From: Octopus bimaculoides
Lineage: Eukaryota
Direction: 5' to 3'
DNA length: 45,702 nt
Assembly (NCBI RefSeq): GCF_001194135.2
Contig: NC_068981.1
Coordinates: forward strand, 21,431,902-21,477,603
The notes under the pieces are model-generated. The model had not been told where the DNA came from and did no database searches. It saw only the letters and a program-made list of their open reading frames with translations. Positions 37,301 to 45,702 of the stretch are shown one piece after another; position 1 is the first letter of the stretch, and each line of letters opens with the position of its first letter. A program made the position numbers and the translations under genes.

Positions 37301-39341
37301 TGCTTCAGGAATGGTTTTAAGACAGTATCTAAAAAGTTACTGAGGCAGTTAGTTTTCACATGCAGGGCCTGCTATTATAGGTCTTAATTGGAGGTCATTA
37401 GGTGGGGATACCTTGACTATCATATCTATGGCTCCCCTGCATGCGTTATTTATTTTTTTCACTTTTGTTTATCTTAGGAATACCATAGAATTGACTGGAT
37501 TTACTTTTGAAGTTAGTAATATAGTTGTATTCCTTGTCGGTGAATCCTTCTCTGTTGAGGTTTATCAGAGTTTTTAGGCTTCTCATTATTTTCTGCTGAC
37601 TGTAGTGTTGGGCCTTTTCATAGTATGTTGTGTCTTCTAATATGGATTGCACTAGAGTTATATAGTATTGAGACCTTTGGAAATGTGCTGTGCGTGAGAA
37701 GACCCGGCAAACCAAGTGAGATCGTTGCCAGTGCCCCTGGACTGGCTCTTGTGTGGATGGCACATAAGATGTACCATCTTGAGCGTGACCATTGCCAGTA
37801 CCGCCTGACTGGCCTTTGTAGGGTTTTCGAGTGAGATCATTGTCAGTGCCCCTGGACTGGCTCTTGTGCGGGTGGCACATAAAAGACACCATTTCGAGCG
37901 TGGCCGTTTTCGTGCGGGTGACACGTAAAAGCACCCACTACACTCTCTGAGTGGTTGGCGTTAGGAAGGGCATCCAGCTGTAGAAACTCTGCCAAATTAG
38001 ATTGGAGCCTGGTGTTGCCATCCGGTTTCACCAGTCCTCAATCAAATCGTCCAACCCATGCTAGCATGGAAAGCGGACGTTAAACGATGATGATGGTGAT
38101 GATGATGATCCATTAAGACTACTGCACTCTCTTTATCAGCCTCTTTCATTGTTATTGTTTTATCCTCCTTTAATTTGTTCAGCTCAGTCCATTCTTTCCT
38201 GCTGAAGTCCAGCTTGTATTTATATCTGTGTATGTGTTGATATGGGTAATTCGTAATGTTCACAGAAATGGTCAAGAATTTTATTCTTACCTTTTGATAA
38301 GGTGTAGTTACTTCTATTTCTAGCTTATGATTTATCCTCATTGTATTTGTTGCATAGTTCCTCAGCAAGTTGTAATTTTCTACAGTATTCCGCAACGTCT
38401 TCTTTTGTTTCGTTGTAGTTTGGATGTTGGGTGGGGGTGTAAATTTAAACCCTTTGGAGAGTATGTTGATTTGGTCTGGTGTTAGTTCTTTGTGTGTTAG
38501 ATTGATTACTTTTGGTTTCTCCTGTATGTCTGGTGCTATCTTGTATCCCTGTGTCTGTGTACTGGGTCTAAAAAATAATTGAGGTGGTTGGGACGGTAGC
38601 TGTTATCTAGTTGTCCCCTGTTGTTGTGTAGTTCCCTGTTGTCGTGATTTCTGGTGTGGGTACCTTGGGCAAGTGACTTCCACTATTAGTCCTGGGCTGG
38701 CTAAAACCTTGTTTGTTAATGGATTTAGCCAACAGAAATTGAATAGGGTCAGCCGTGTGTGTGTGTATCACTTTGTCTTGATGTCATATAATAGTTGTAA
38801 GTGAGTATCACCATGATACAAGTGGTGCCATTCATTTCTGAGTCTTCTGTGAAATCATAACCAACCAAGGGGAAATATTTTTTTTCTTGCAAATCAGTGA
38901 AGTATATCGACAGGAATGGTATCCAGTCATAGGAAGTCTATCTCAATGGATTCCACCTAACCCATGCTAGCTTGGGAAAGTGGTCACTAAAACAATGATA
39001 GAGGGCTCATGGTGTAATGGTAGCACATCTGATGTTCAATCAGAAGGAATGGGTTTGACTCTCACAACCACCTGAGTCCATTTTGTCCAACCCATGCCAG
39101 CATGGAAAACAAACGTTAAATGATGAAGATAATGATGATTATAATGTGAAATATTAACATTTTTTTTGTTCTTATGTGTAAGGGAGTCTATTAAACAAAA
39201 CTTTACCTAAAAAAGAAAATGACTACCAAAAAACCTAAATAGTTTCCTGTTTGTGTTTCAGGCAGTAATGATTACCAGTTGGTGACTTGGTCAAAGGATC
39301 AGAGTTTAAGAATTTGGAAAATAGATTCTAACTTGCAGAAG
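19265..39341 (+). CDS. WDR59: WDR59 (GATOR2 subunit, WD40 region), spliced, 5' part only: join(19265-19318,21687-21736,21833-21965,24261-24352,26026-26106,26928-26965,28768-28856,30298-30414,[exon 9 in gap to 33516],35845-36001,39262-39341)
   Basis: All visible exons have AG/GT boundaries with compatible phases. They splice to [39 protein letters not shown]...VQWNPH...DLDWSPFD...GASQVQWNK...HEGDVRIWD...IYGLDWSP...[18 protein letters not shown]...[16 protein letters not shown], which is collinear with the human WDR59 N-terminus as I recall it. Confidence 0.93.
20274..20972. repeat. Long compound (TA)n/(TG)n/(TATG)n microsatellite spanning the N gap 20299-20716
   Basis: Directly visible; source of the YI-rich pseudo-ORFs. 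Confidence 0.95.
20985..21290 (-). mobile_element. SINE A2, partial
   Basis: Matches 23740-24135 and the reverse complement of 39447-39835. Confidence 0.65.
21295..21530 (+). mobile_element. tRNA-derived SINE related to the 27105-27475 element
   Basis: A-box-like CAGTGGTTAGGG and B-box GAGTTCAATCCC. Shares TCTGTGGAGTGCTCAGCCACTTGC with the reverse complement of about 27187-27210. Confidence 0.6.
21687..21736 (+). CDS. WDR59: WDR59 exon 2 (50 nt, [16 protein letters not shown])
   Basis: ttacag| ... GG|gtaaga. Similar to human ATAMSVDCLGQHAVLSG. Confidence 0.92.
21833..21965 (+). CDS. WDR59: WDR59 exon 3 (133 nt)
   Basis: Polypyrimidine tract plus ttcag| ... GCT|gtaagt. Encodes [44 protein letters not shown]. 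Confidence 0.92.
23300..23543 (+). mobile_element. RTE LINE 3' end
   Basis: Shared 3' UTR, stem-loop and (GAT)n tail. Confidence 0.8.
23740..24135 (-). mobile_element. SINE A2, full length
   Basis: Family A head at about 23990-24135, then (CA)n and an RTE-like tail at the left end. Confidence 0.7.
24261..24352 (+). CDS. WDR59: WDR59 exon 4 (92 nt)
   Basis: aatag| ... AG|gtgaga. Encodes [30 protein letters not shown](S). Confidence 0.9.
24442..25278 (+). mobile_element. Degenerate mariner transposon with long inverted arms
   Basis: The centre reads [23 protein letters not shown]...[10 protein letters not shown]...[19 protein letters not shown] (mariner DDD-domain motifs). 24442-24662 is an inverted copy of about 25016-25278, including the TIR-like AAAATA(C/T)TGCAAAACTTTTGA. 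Confidence 0.85.
26026..26106 (+). CDS. WDR59: WDR59 exon 5 (81 nt)
   Basis: tttag| ... AG|gtcagt. Encodes [26 protein letters not shown](R). Confidence 0.93.
26928..26965 (+). CDS. WDR59: WDR59 exon 6 (38 nt)
   Basis: ttttcag| ... G|gtgagt. Encodes [12 protein letters not shown], and its phases link exons 5 and 7. Confidence 0.88.
27105..27475 (-). mobile_element. tRNA-derived SINE with (AATG)n tail
   Basis: The minus strand begins GTGGAGGCGCAATGGCCCAATGGTTAGG...TTTCGATTCC and ends AATGAATGAATGAG. It retains many CpGs, suggesting it is fairly young. Confidence 0.75.
27700..28256 (+). mobile_element. RTE LINE 3' end with internal minisatellite
   Basis: [14 protein letters not shown]-terminus, tandem GTGGCA(C/T)GTAAAAA(G)CACC units and a (GAT)n tail. 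Confidence 0.8.
28768..28856 (+). CDS. WDR59: WDR59 exon 7 (89 nt)
   Basis: ccttaag| ... AGG|gtaggt. Encodes [29 protein letters not shown]. Confidence 0.93.
29034..29322. mobile_element. hAT-type MITE, 289 bp, with perfect 8-bp TSD
   Basis: TIRs CAGTGCTTCTCAAACT / (reverse complement) CAGTGCTACTCAAAGT. TSD AGATAGAA at 29026-29033 and 29323-29330. Confidence 0.9.
30298..30414 (+). CDS. WDR59: WDR59 exon 8 (117 nt)
   Basis: gacag| ... AAG|gtaagt. Encodes [39 protein letters not shown]. Confidence 0.93.
30845..31025 (+). mobile_element. RTE LINE 3' end, diverged
   Basis: GGCATTAGGAAGGGCAT...CCATCCAACCCATGCTAG tail motifs. Confidence 0.7.
31179..32490 (-). mobile_element. Probable pogo/Tc-like DNA transposon remnant with tandemly duplicated terminus
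   Basis: The minus strand reads [13 protein letters not shown]...[17 protein letters not shown], resembling the pogo-type C-terminal FKxxxxxNxxDGSED. The terminal segment is duplicated at 31179 and 31349. Confidence 0.45.
32894..33130 (-). mobile_element. Young RTE LINE 3' end, truncated by the N gap
   Basis: (CAT)n followed by CGTTTAACGTCCGCTTTCCATGCTAGCATGG. Identical to 45463-45702 apart from tail length and a 2-nt indel. Confidence 0.9.
33512..33516 (+). CDS. WDR59: Visible 3' tip of WDR59 exon 9 (remainder inside the N gap)
   Basis: Immediately after the gap the sequence reads nATACT|gtaagt, a consensus donor preceded by (T)AT ACT = Tyr-Thr. This fits the expected ...ARYT|PF junction with exon 10. 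No other exon 9 candidate was found. Confidence 0.6.
33776..34110 (+). mobile_element. tRNA-derived SINE family C
   Basis: A-box GCTCAGTGGATAGAGC and B-box GAGTTCGATTCC, then GTGTTCTTGAGCAAGACACTT. Confidence 0.75.
34320..34766. mobile_element. piggyBac-like MITE with a nested SINE B (34495-34705)
   Basis: Ends are (tcaa)CCCTTTAGC ... GCTAGAGGA(ttaa). The nested SINE is flanked by a roughly 20-bp duplication TTAATTTGAAACA(C/G)T(A/G)TGAA. Confidence 0.6.
34985..35210 (-). mobile_element. RTE LINE 3' end, diverged
   Basis: (CAT)n plus the tail motifs in reverse orientation. Confidence 0.7.
35292..35700 (-). mobile_element. RTE LINE 3' end, fairly young
   Basis: Close to the 32894 copy across the tail, followed by minisatellite units. 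Confidence 0.85.
35845..36001 (+). CDS. WDR59: WDR59 exon 10 (157 nt)
   Basis: Pyrimidine tract plus acag| ... G|gtaatc. Encodes [52 protein letters not shown]. Confidence 0.93.
36250..36350 (+). mobile_element. Old RTE ORF C-terminal fragment
   Basis: [24 protein letters not shown] matches LNLMKEMTEDQDM*RIAVLEKTC of the copy at about 4360-4430. Confidence 0.5.
36793..38660 (-). mobile_element. Penelope-like element (PLE) reverse transcriptase fragment, degenerate, interrupted at 37677-38107
   Basis: PLE RT motifs [80 protein letters not shown] and QLPF. It has frameshifts, and no GIY-YIG domain is visible. Confidence 0.88.
37677..38107 (+). mobile_element. Young RTE LINE 3' end inserted in the PLE
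   Basis: [14 protein letters not shown]-terminus, 3' UTR minisatellite, stem-loop and (GAT)n tail. Confidence 0.9.
38660..39000 (+). mobile_element. SINE A2, partial and diverged
   Basis: Starts at TACCTTGGGCAAGTG and ends CCACCTAACCCATGCTAGC...AATGAT. Confidence 0.55.
39262..39341 (+). CDS. WDR59: WDR59 exon 11 (80 nt)
   Basis: tttcag| ... AAG|gtaaga. Encodes (G)[26 protein letters not shown]. Confidence 0.92.
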
Positions 39342-39446
39342 GTAAGATTACTTTAAACTTAGTCTGATGATTTGGAGGTTAACTTTTATTACATGCTGCT
39401 TACATTTATTGTTTTTTATGTTGAAATATGTGAGTTAGACTAGTCC

Positions 39447-39835
39447 CAGCTATGGCTGTGTGGTTGAGAAGCTTACTTTCCAGCTATATAGTCTTGGCTT
39501 TAGTCTCACTGTGTGGCACCTTGGGCAAGTGTCTATTGTTGCTCTAGGCTGACCAAAGCCTTGTAAGTAAATTTGGTTGATGGAAACTAAAAAGAAACCC
39601 ATTGTATGCATTATATGTGTATGCACGTGTGTGTACCCTTGTCTTGTAGGTGTCATTGTAATACAAGTCTTGTTGTTCATTTTCAGCTTCCCATGGAAAA
39701 TATATTTGGCCACGGGAAATATTACCATGCTTGGGTTGGTGACAGGATGGGCAGTGGGCAGTAGAAAATCTGCCTCAAAAAACTCCATCTAAGCCATGAA
39801 ATCATGGAAAAGTGAACATCAAATGATGATGATTT
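39447..39835 (+). mobile_element. SINE A2, full length
   Basis: Family A head, (TG)n, body, and an RTE-like tail ending ATGATGATG. Confidence 0.7.
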
Positions 39836-40433
39836 TGAAAATTTGAATGTGTTTATATTATTAAAGTGTGTTTACAGTGAGATGGACAGCATTTGGCAGT
39901 GCTGCCACTGTGGGAGCATCTACATGGTCATTTGATCCACTGGCAATATCAGCCAAATCTTTTTCATATCACAGTTTACTGCCTTAAAAAATGTAGAGCA
40001 CATTGGATAATGTCATTTATCTCAGTAAAAGATGAGATGATCATGGCTGCAATGCCTTTAATCACAGGTCTTTTAGGTTAGAGCTGTCCTGGGATGAAAC
40101 AGCAATGACAAGGAAGGACACATTAAATAATGTAGTCCTAGATATATTATATCTGAATAAAAGGTAAAAACACCGACCACTTTTTAAGGTTGTAGGTTAA
40201 GAAATTCATATCCCAGTATATGGTTTCAGGTTCAATACTATTTATTATGTAATGTCTTGGGCAAGGGTCTTCTGCCATGACCATGGCTCAAGCAAAAGCC
40301 TTCTGAGTGAAATTTAGGAGATAAAAAATTGTGCAGAAGCCTGTCAGAGTGACCATTCCTATTCTTGGGTGGTTGAATAAATCTAACTTAAATAGTGACT
40401 AAATAGTAAAGTCCACTCTATTGCAAGCATTAA

Positions 40434-40501
40434 GGCCAGGTCACTTATTTGAAGATAACCTCTCAGAGGCCAGGTCACCTATTTGAAGATAACCCTTCAG
40501 A
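40434..40501. repeat. 34-bp tandem duplication
   Basis: GGCCAGGTCACTTATTTGAAGATAACCTCTCAGA / GGCCAGGTCACCTATTTGAAGATAACCCTTCAGA. Confidence 0.85.
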
Positions 40502-40996
40502 AACCTATGAAAGATTTTTGGCCTGCCTGCCTCCTAAAAAGAAAACCAAAATATGTCTCCCTCCAGTCTCCTGATAAATATTAACTGTAAAATATACTCT
40601 GTTAATTGGTTATTATATATTTCTTGACAGAGATTTTTTATTTCCAAGGTAAGTACCCCTCCACCTCCTCAGCTAACACCTACCTCAGTTCACTACCTCC
40701 CGATGTCTGCCAATTTTTCTTCCTCTATTTACTGTGAAGCAGGATGGAGCAGTGAGCAGAAATTGGGTGGGGTAGGGGAGTAAACAAGTTTCCCCTTCTT
40801 TCTGTCCTTCAGTTTTATTCTCCATTTTCGTTTTGCCCTTTTCCAAATGTTTTTTATCCTTTTCTATTTTTACAATATTAATTCTTTTTTGAAAGTCATA
40901 TGATGCATCACAGTCACCTGACTCTTGAGTCTCTCTCCAGCAGAGATTTAATTAAGTTACAATGTCAAGAAATGCTTTCCAAGAACTGTTGCTCAA

Positions 40997-41457
40997 CATC
41001 ATCATCATTGTTTAAACATCCGTTTTCCATGCTGGCATGAGTTGGCCGGTTTGACTGAGGTCTGGAAAGCCAACGTTGCATCAGACTTCAATCTGATCTG
41101 CCAATGTTTCTACAGCTGGATGCCCTTCCTAATGCCAACCACTCTGAGAGTGTAGTGGGTGCTTTTTATGTGCCACTGGCATGGGAGCCAGTCAGGTGAA
41201 CCTGGCATCGACCACATTCGGACAATACTTTTTGCATGCCACTGGCATGGGAGTGGGTCAGGGGGCACTGGCATCAACCACGTTCAGATAATGTTTTTTA
41301 CGTGCCACCATCATGGGAGCCAGTCAGACAAACCTGGCATCAACCACATTTGGATGGTGCCTTTTACGTGCTACTGGAACAGGGGCTAGTCTGGGGGCAC
41401 TAGCATCGACAACGTTCAAATGATGCATTTTACGTGCCACCGGAACGGGAGCTGTTT
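40997..41457 (-). mobile_element. RTE LINE 3' end with 66-bp minisatellite array
   Basis: Units start at 41171, 41237, 41303, 41369 and 41435 (exact 66-bp period). Confidence 0.85.
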
Positions 41458-41959
41458 GAAATTCTTCAGATTTTCACTGGCTGTTAAAGAGTACCATTTG
41501 AAAATATTTTGGTGTGGAGACCATTTCTCAAGTTGTTAAGAGTACAATCCTGAGAGTAGTACCATGGTAGCTGGTGTTCCTGTTCCAGTTGAAATCTGGT
41601 TTGTGCTAAATACGACCACAGCATAATTTAAGGCCTATCTGAACCCAATGACATCTAGATAAGACACCACATAGAGCAATGTCCAAGTTTGATACTGGTA
41701 TCATTGTTTCTTTGTCTGCCATCATCCGTTGTAAAAACTACAAAAGAAAATCGCACTAATGAGTAAATAAGTTGGGAATCTTACCATCCTTGCAATAATA
41801 TACAAGATATTTAAGGCATCATTAATACATTGGGGTAGAATGCCTTGTATTAAATCATTCCAGTTCTCTTCATTCTGAGTTCAAACCCTGCTGCTGTCAA
41901 CTTTGCTTTTCATCCTTTCAGGGTTGATAAATAAAGCACCAGTCCAGTACTAGGCTCAG

Positions 41960-41962
<3 letters not shown>

Positions 41963-41995
<33 letters not shown>

Positions 41996-42141
41996 TCTCC
42001 CTCTCTCTCTCTCTCTCCACCCNNNNNNNNNNNNNNNNNNNNNNNNNNNNNNNNNNNNNNNNNNNNNNNNNNNNNNNNNNNNNNNNNNNNNNNNNNNNNN
42101 NNNNNNNNNNNNNNNNNNNNNNNNNNNNNNNNNCTCTCTCT
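41963..42141. repeat. (CT)n microsatellite spanning the N gap 42023-42133
   Basis: Directly visible. Confidence 0.9.
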
Positions 42142-42642
42142 CGTCAGCTGTATTCAGACTTGAAGAGAGATGGGCCCCACCAGCTTTAAAATGAATAAGA
42201 TATGCCGCATGTCAATATGGCATTCTTACTGTTCCAACAGGGGTAAAGAGCCCCTTGTCAAATGACAGATAAATTCATCAGTAAGTTGGTAAGTATTTAG
42301 TTCAAATATAGTATCACCAAGAGTTCCTCAGTGGCGTGAGTATTTACAAGAGAACACAAGTTTTTCAGTCAACTGTTGCTTTGGATCTATTTCTTGTCCG
42401 CCACAACTATTTCATGTTGACTAATCAACAGACAACTTTTATAGAGAAAATAATTCTGCTAATGTGGAACACTAGATTTTGGTTTCCCTCTGTGATATTA
42501 ATACATGTCAGCTGTAGTTCTACCAGATCAATTACTTCCTGAGTGAACATACAACATATTTAAGGTATGGGACCTTTTGGCATAGCTCTTTTGAATCACT
42601 CATTCAATGCTGATTGATTTGACATAAGATATCTTGATGTTT

Positions 42643-42765
42643 CTCTCTCTCCTCTCTCTCTCTCCTCTCTCTCTCCTCTCTCTCCTCTCTCTCTTCTCTC
42701 TCCTCTCTCATCTTTCCTCTCTCTCTCCTCTCTCATCTTTCCTCTCTCTCTCTCCTCTCTCTTTG
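42643..42765. repeat. Degenerate CT-rich microsatellite
   Basis: Directly visible; source of the L/S-rich pseudo-ORF. Confidence 0.9.
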
Positions 42766-43083
42766 TTTATATATGTTCATCCAGTCATATTTGTTTGTAT
42801 GTGTGATGGCTCACTCTCTCCCTCTCTCATTCTTTCTATCTATATTTCTCTGTGTGTGTGTGTGTATTTATCTCCAGTACCAAAACGTATTTTCACCCAA
42901 ACAGGTTGAATGTCCAGTCAGCCATGCCAGATCATCAGCATGCCGACAGCCATGTCCAATCATTTCATTATTCTGACTTACTGATTGTTTCCTATTTCAT
43001 ATACATGTGAGAGATGTAACCCTTTGAATGCAAGAAATCTCAGTAAGATTTGTACCATATGAAGTGGAGAATATCTTTGCATA

Positions 43084-43412
43084 TCGTTGCCAGTACCGCC
43101 TGACTGGCCTTCATAGGGTTTTCGAGCGAGATCGTTGCCAGTGCCCCTGGACTGGCTCTTGTGTGGGTAGCACATAAAAGACACCATTTCGAGTGTGGCC
43201 GTTGCCAGTACCGCCTGACTGTTTCCGTGCTGGTGACACGTAAAAGCACCCACTACACTCTCTGAGTGGTTGGCGTTAGGAAGGGCATCCAGCTGTAGAA
43301 ACTCTGCCAAATTAGATTGGAGCCTGGTGTTGCCATCCGGTTTCACCAGTCCTCAGTCAAATCGTCCAACCCATGCTAGCATGGGAAGCGGACGTTAAAC
43401 GATGATGATGAT
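43084..43412 (+). mobile_element. Young RTE LINE 3' end
   Basis: Nearly identical to 37860-38095 across the tail. Confidence 0.9.
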
Positions 43413-44374
43413 GGGTACTTCTGCTAGATCACAATACTGCTCTTTTGACAAATAATTTATCTTGACAATCTTAGTTATTTCATGAGAAACTGCTCGCTGT
43501 TTTATATGCTAGTTTAATGTGTGTGTGTGTGTGTGTGTGTGTTAGTGCATGCATGTGCACATACACACATAAATGCATATATATAAATGAAGAAAGGAAA
43601 TGTGAATTTCATAAGTTACATCATGGACAACCCTTCTAGGAAGGTACTGATTCTAAATATGAACTGATACAGGGATTAAAAGACTTTAGCACTGTCACAG
43701 ATAACATCTCTTGTGTCTGTAGATTGATGAAATGCACTTATTCTTTGCTGTAACGGAATTGGTGATAGAAAAAGCATCCAGCTGTAAAAGTCCTTCCCCT
43801 CCCCACCAAGAAAAAATGAAGCAGCAAATAGGTAGGGGGGCTCCAAAAGGGGTCTCAGGGAGTAGCATCATTGCCTTCCTGAGCTAGTTTACAACCACAT
43901 TTCTTAAAAGTCACAGTGGAGGCCTTGGTCTCGGGACCACTCATGTCTAGAAACTGAGGTTGGGGGTAAGCTCCTCATAGAAAATCCAGCTCAAAAAAAG
44001 CCCCATGATAGCAAAGGAGAATGGGCAAGAGCCAGCCCAAAAGTTGGGGTGGGCTGCACCTGCCTACTTCGGTTACTATAGCATTGAGGTAGATGCAGCC
44101 ACCCCCATTAACGGGGACAAAGCCCGGATTTAAAACACTGGACTCTGCAAAGTGCATTACAGGCAAACTGTAGAGGAGAACGATAACTCCAAAAGAAAAC
44201 TGATGTGAGGTATAGGGGTATATTTAATTCTTCTACAGACAATATCTAGTGCCTATGACCTGATGAAATACACCCAGTCCATTTTGTAATAGGGATAAGA
44301 ATGCTTCAAAACCTGTCCAATCTTTGCATGTATGGAAAACTGGAGCAAAAAAAATTCTACCTTTACCATTTATC

Positions 44375-44760
44375 TTTTACATGTTTCAGTCATTAGACTG
44401 CGGCCATGCTGGGGCACCACTTTGAAGAATATTTTTCTTTATCAGATGAATTGACCCTGGTACTTTTTTTTTTTAGGCTTGGTACTTATTCTATCAGTTT
44501 CTTTTGTTGAGCCACTAAGTAATGGGGATGTAAACACACCAAAACTAGTTGTCAAGCTGTAGTGTAGGACAAACACACACACACACACACATATGACAAG
44601 CTTCTTTTAGTTTCCATCTACCAGATCTACTCACAAGGCTTTGGTCAGCCCAAGGCTACAGTAGAAGACACTTACCCAAAGTGCGATGCAGTAAGACTAA
44701 GCCTGGAACCATGTGGCGTGAAAGCAAGCTTCTGATCACACAGCCACGCTTGCACCTGTA
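44375..44760 (-). mobile_element. Full-length SINE family A
   Basis: Reverse complement is collinear with 7491-7883. Confidence 0.8.
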
Positions 44761-45462
44761 TGATGAAAAAATTAGTATTGATGAAATGTAAACTTAGGTA
44801 AATTAGCTGCAGTAAAAGTATCAAAACATGTAGTAGAGCTGTTTATTCATTCAAAGCTAATGTTTTACCTTATGATTAATCAAAGTTTCTCCTTCACTTG
44901 TGATCATTCAAACAACAGATTAATCTTTTTGCAATCAGAAAGAGTGTATTTGGTGAGAAACAGCTTTGGATGGGAGTGTGTGTGTGTGTGTGTGTAGATT
45001 TTTTTTTTTTTTTTTTGTTGAAACTAAGAGTTTGTCTTACACCTGTGATATTCAGGTGAGAAACCACACCTTGTACATATTCAGCACATATACAAGGCGT
45101 GATTTACCACTTGAATATCACAAGCATGAAACTTGAGTCATGAGACAAACTCACACGTCTCTCTCACTCATTTGACATAAACCAATGTACATGTACAAAC
45201 ACACACACACGAGATATTTATATATGTTTACTAAATTCTTTGTTAACTTTTTTTGGGAAATGGATATTGACTTTTTTTGAGAAATAAAATGTTTTGATGT
45301 TCATACCTGTACAAAATCTGAATGAAGAGAAATAGCTTAATCTAAGAATCAAAACTAGAGTAGTGATGTAGCTCAATGGGAATTCTTGTCTGAATGAATA
45401 AATTTTGATTATATATGTACATACACACACCCACAAGCATGTGTGTGTGTGTGTGTGTGCAT

Positions 45463-45702
45463 ATCATCATCATCATCATCATCATCATCATCGTTTAACG
45501 TCCGCTTTCCATGCTAGCATGGGTTGGACGATTTGACTGAGGACTGGTGAAACCGGATGGCAACACCAGGCTCCAGTCTGATTTGGCAGAGTTTCTACAG
45601 CTGGATGCCCTTCCTAACGCCAACCACTCAGAGTGTAGTGGGTGCTTTTACGTGTCACCCGCACGAAAACGGCCACGCTCGAAATGGTGTCTTTTATGTG
45701 CC
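45463..45702 (-). mobile_element. Young RTE LINE 3' end, truncated at the window end
   Basis: Essentially identical to 32894-33130. Confidence 0.9.

Noticed and set aside
41159-41389. 76-aa ORF with 22-aa His/Cys repeats (F.CH.HGSQS..PGI.H) that looks like a metal-binding peptide
   Set aside because: The periodicity comes from the 66-bp minisatellite, the ORF is antisense to the RTE, and other copies do not keep the frame.
41160-41457. CRISPR-like regular spacing
   Set aside because: The context is eukaryotic, the whole unit repeats without unique spacers, and there are no cas genes.
39342-45702. WDR59 exon 12
   Set aside because: No segment with suitable splice sites and LC...-type homology was found. 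It is probably beyond the window or in the gap.

Overview
AT-rich, repeat-dense eukaryotic genomic DNA. The SINE/RTE repeat landscape looks like an Octopus genome (inference from repeat recognition, not verified). It has three N gaps (20299-20716, 33131-33511, 42023-42133). Two genes are well supported. (1) A complete, intronless DDX1 DEAD-box/SPRY helicase ORF lies on the minus strand (16626-18821, 731 aa). (2) Head-to-head with it, with only 443 bp between the start codons, is the 5' part of WDR59 (GATOR2 WD40 subunit) on the plus strand. I assembled WDR59 by hand from 10 visible coding exons (19265-39341); exon 9 appears to be hidden in the 33131-33511 gap, and the gene continues beyond the window. 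A weak two-exon candidate for the 3' end of a third gene lies at 747-1078. The rest is mostly transposon debris: RTE-clade LINE 3' ends with a (GAT)n tail (several near-identical), several modular tRNA-derived SINE families, a Penelope-like RT fragment, mariner, pogo-like, hAT and piggyBac-like remnants, and microsatellites. Most short ORFs in the supplied track are by-products of repeats or N runs. Main points of interest are the probable DDX1 retrogene on a shared bidirectional promoter, inverted young repeats bracketing WDR59 exons (dsRNA, editing or circRNA potential), a fold-back mariner next to exon 4, and a possible hammerhead remnant at the Penelope junction. I found no firm evidence of a wholly new system; these items are hypotheses to test.
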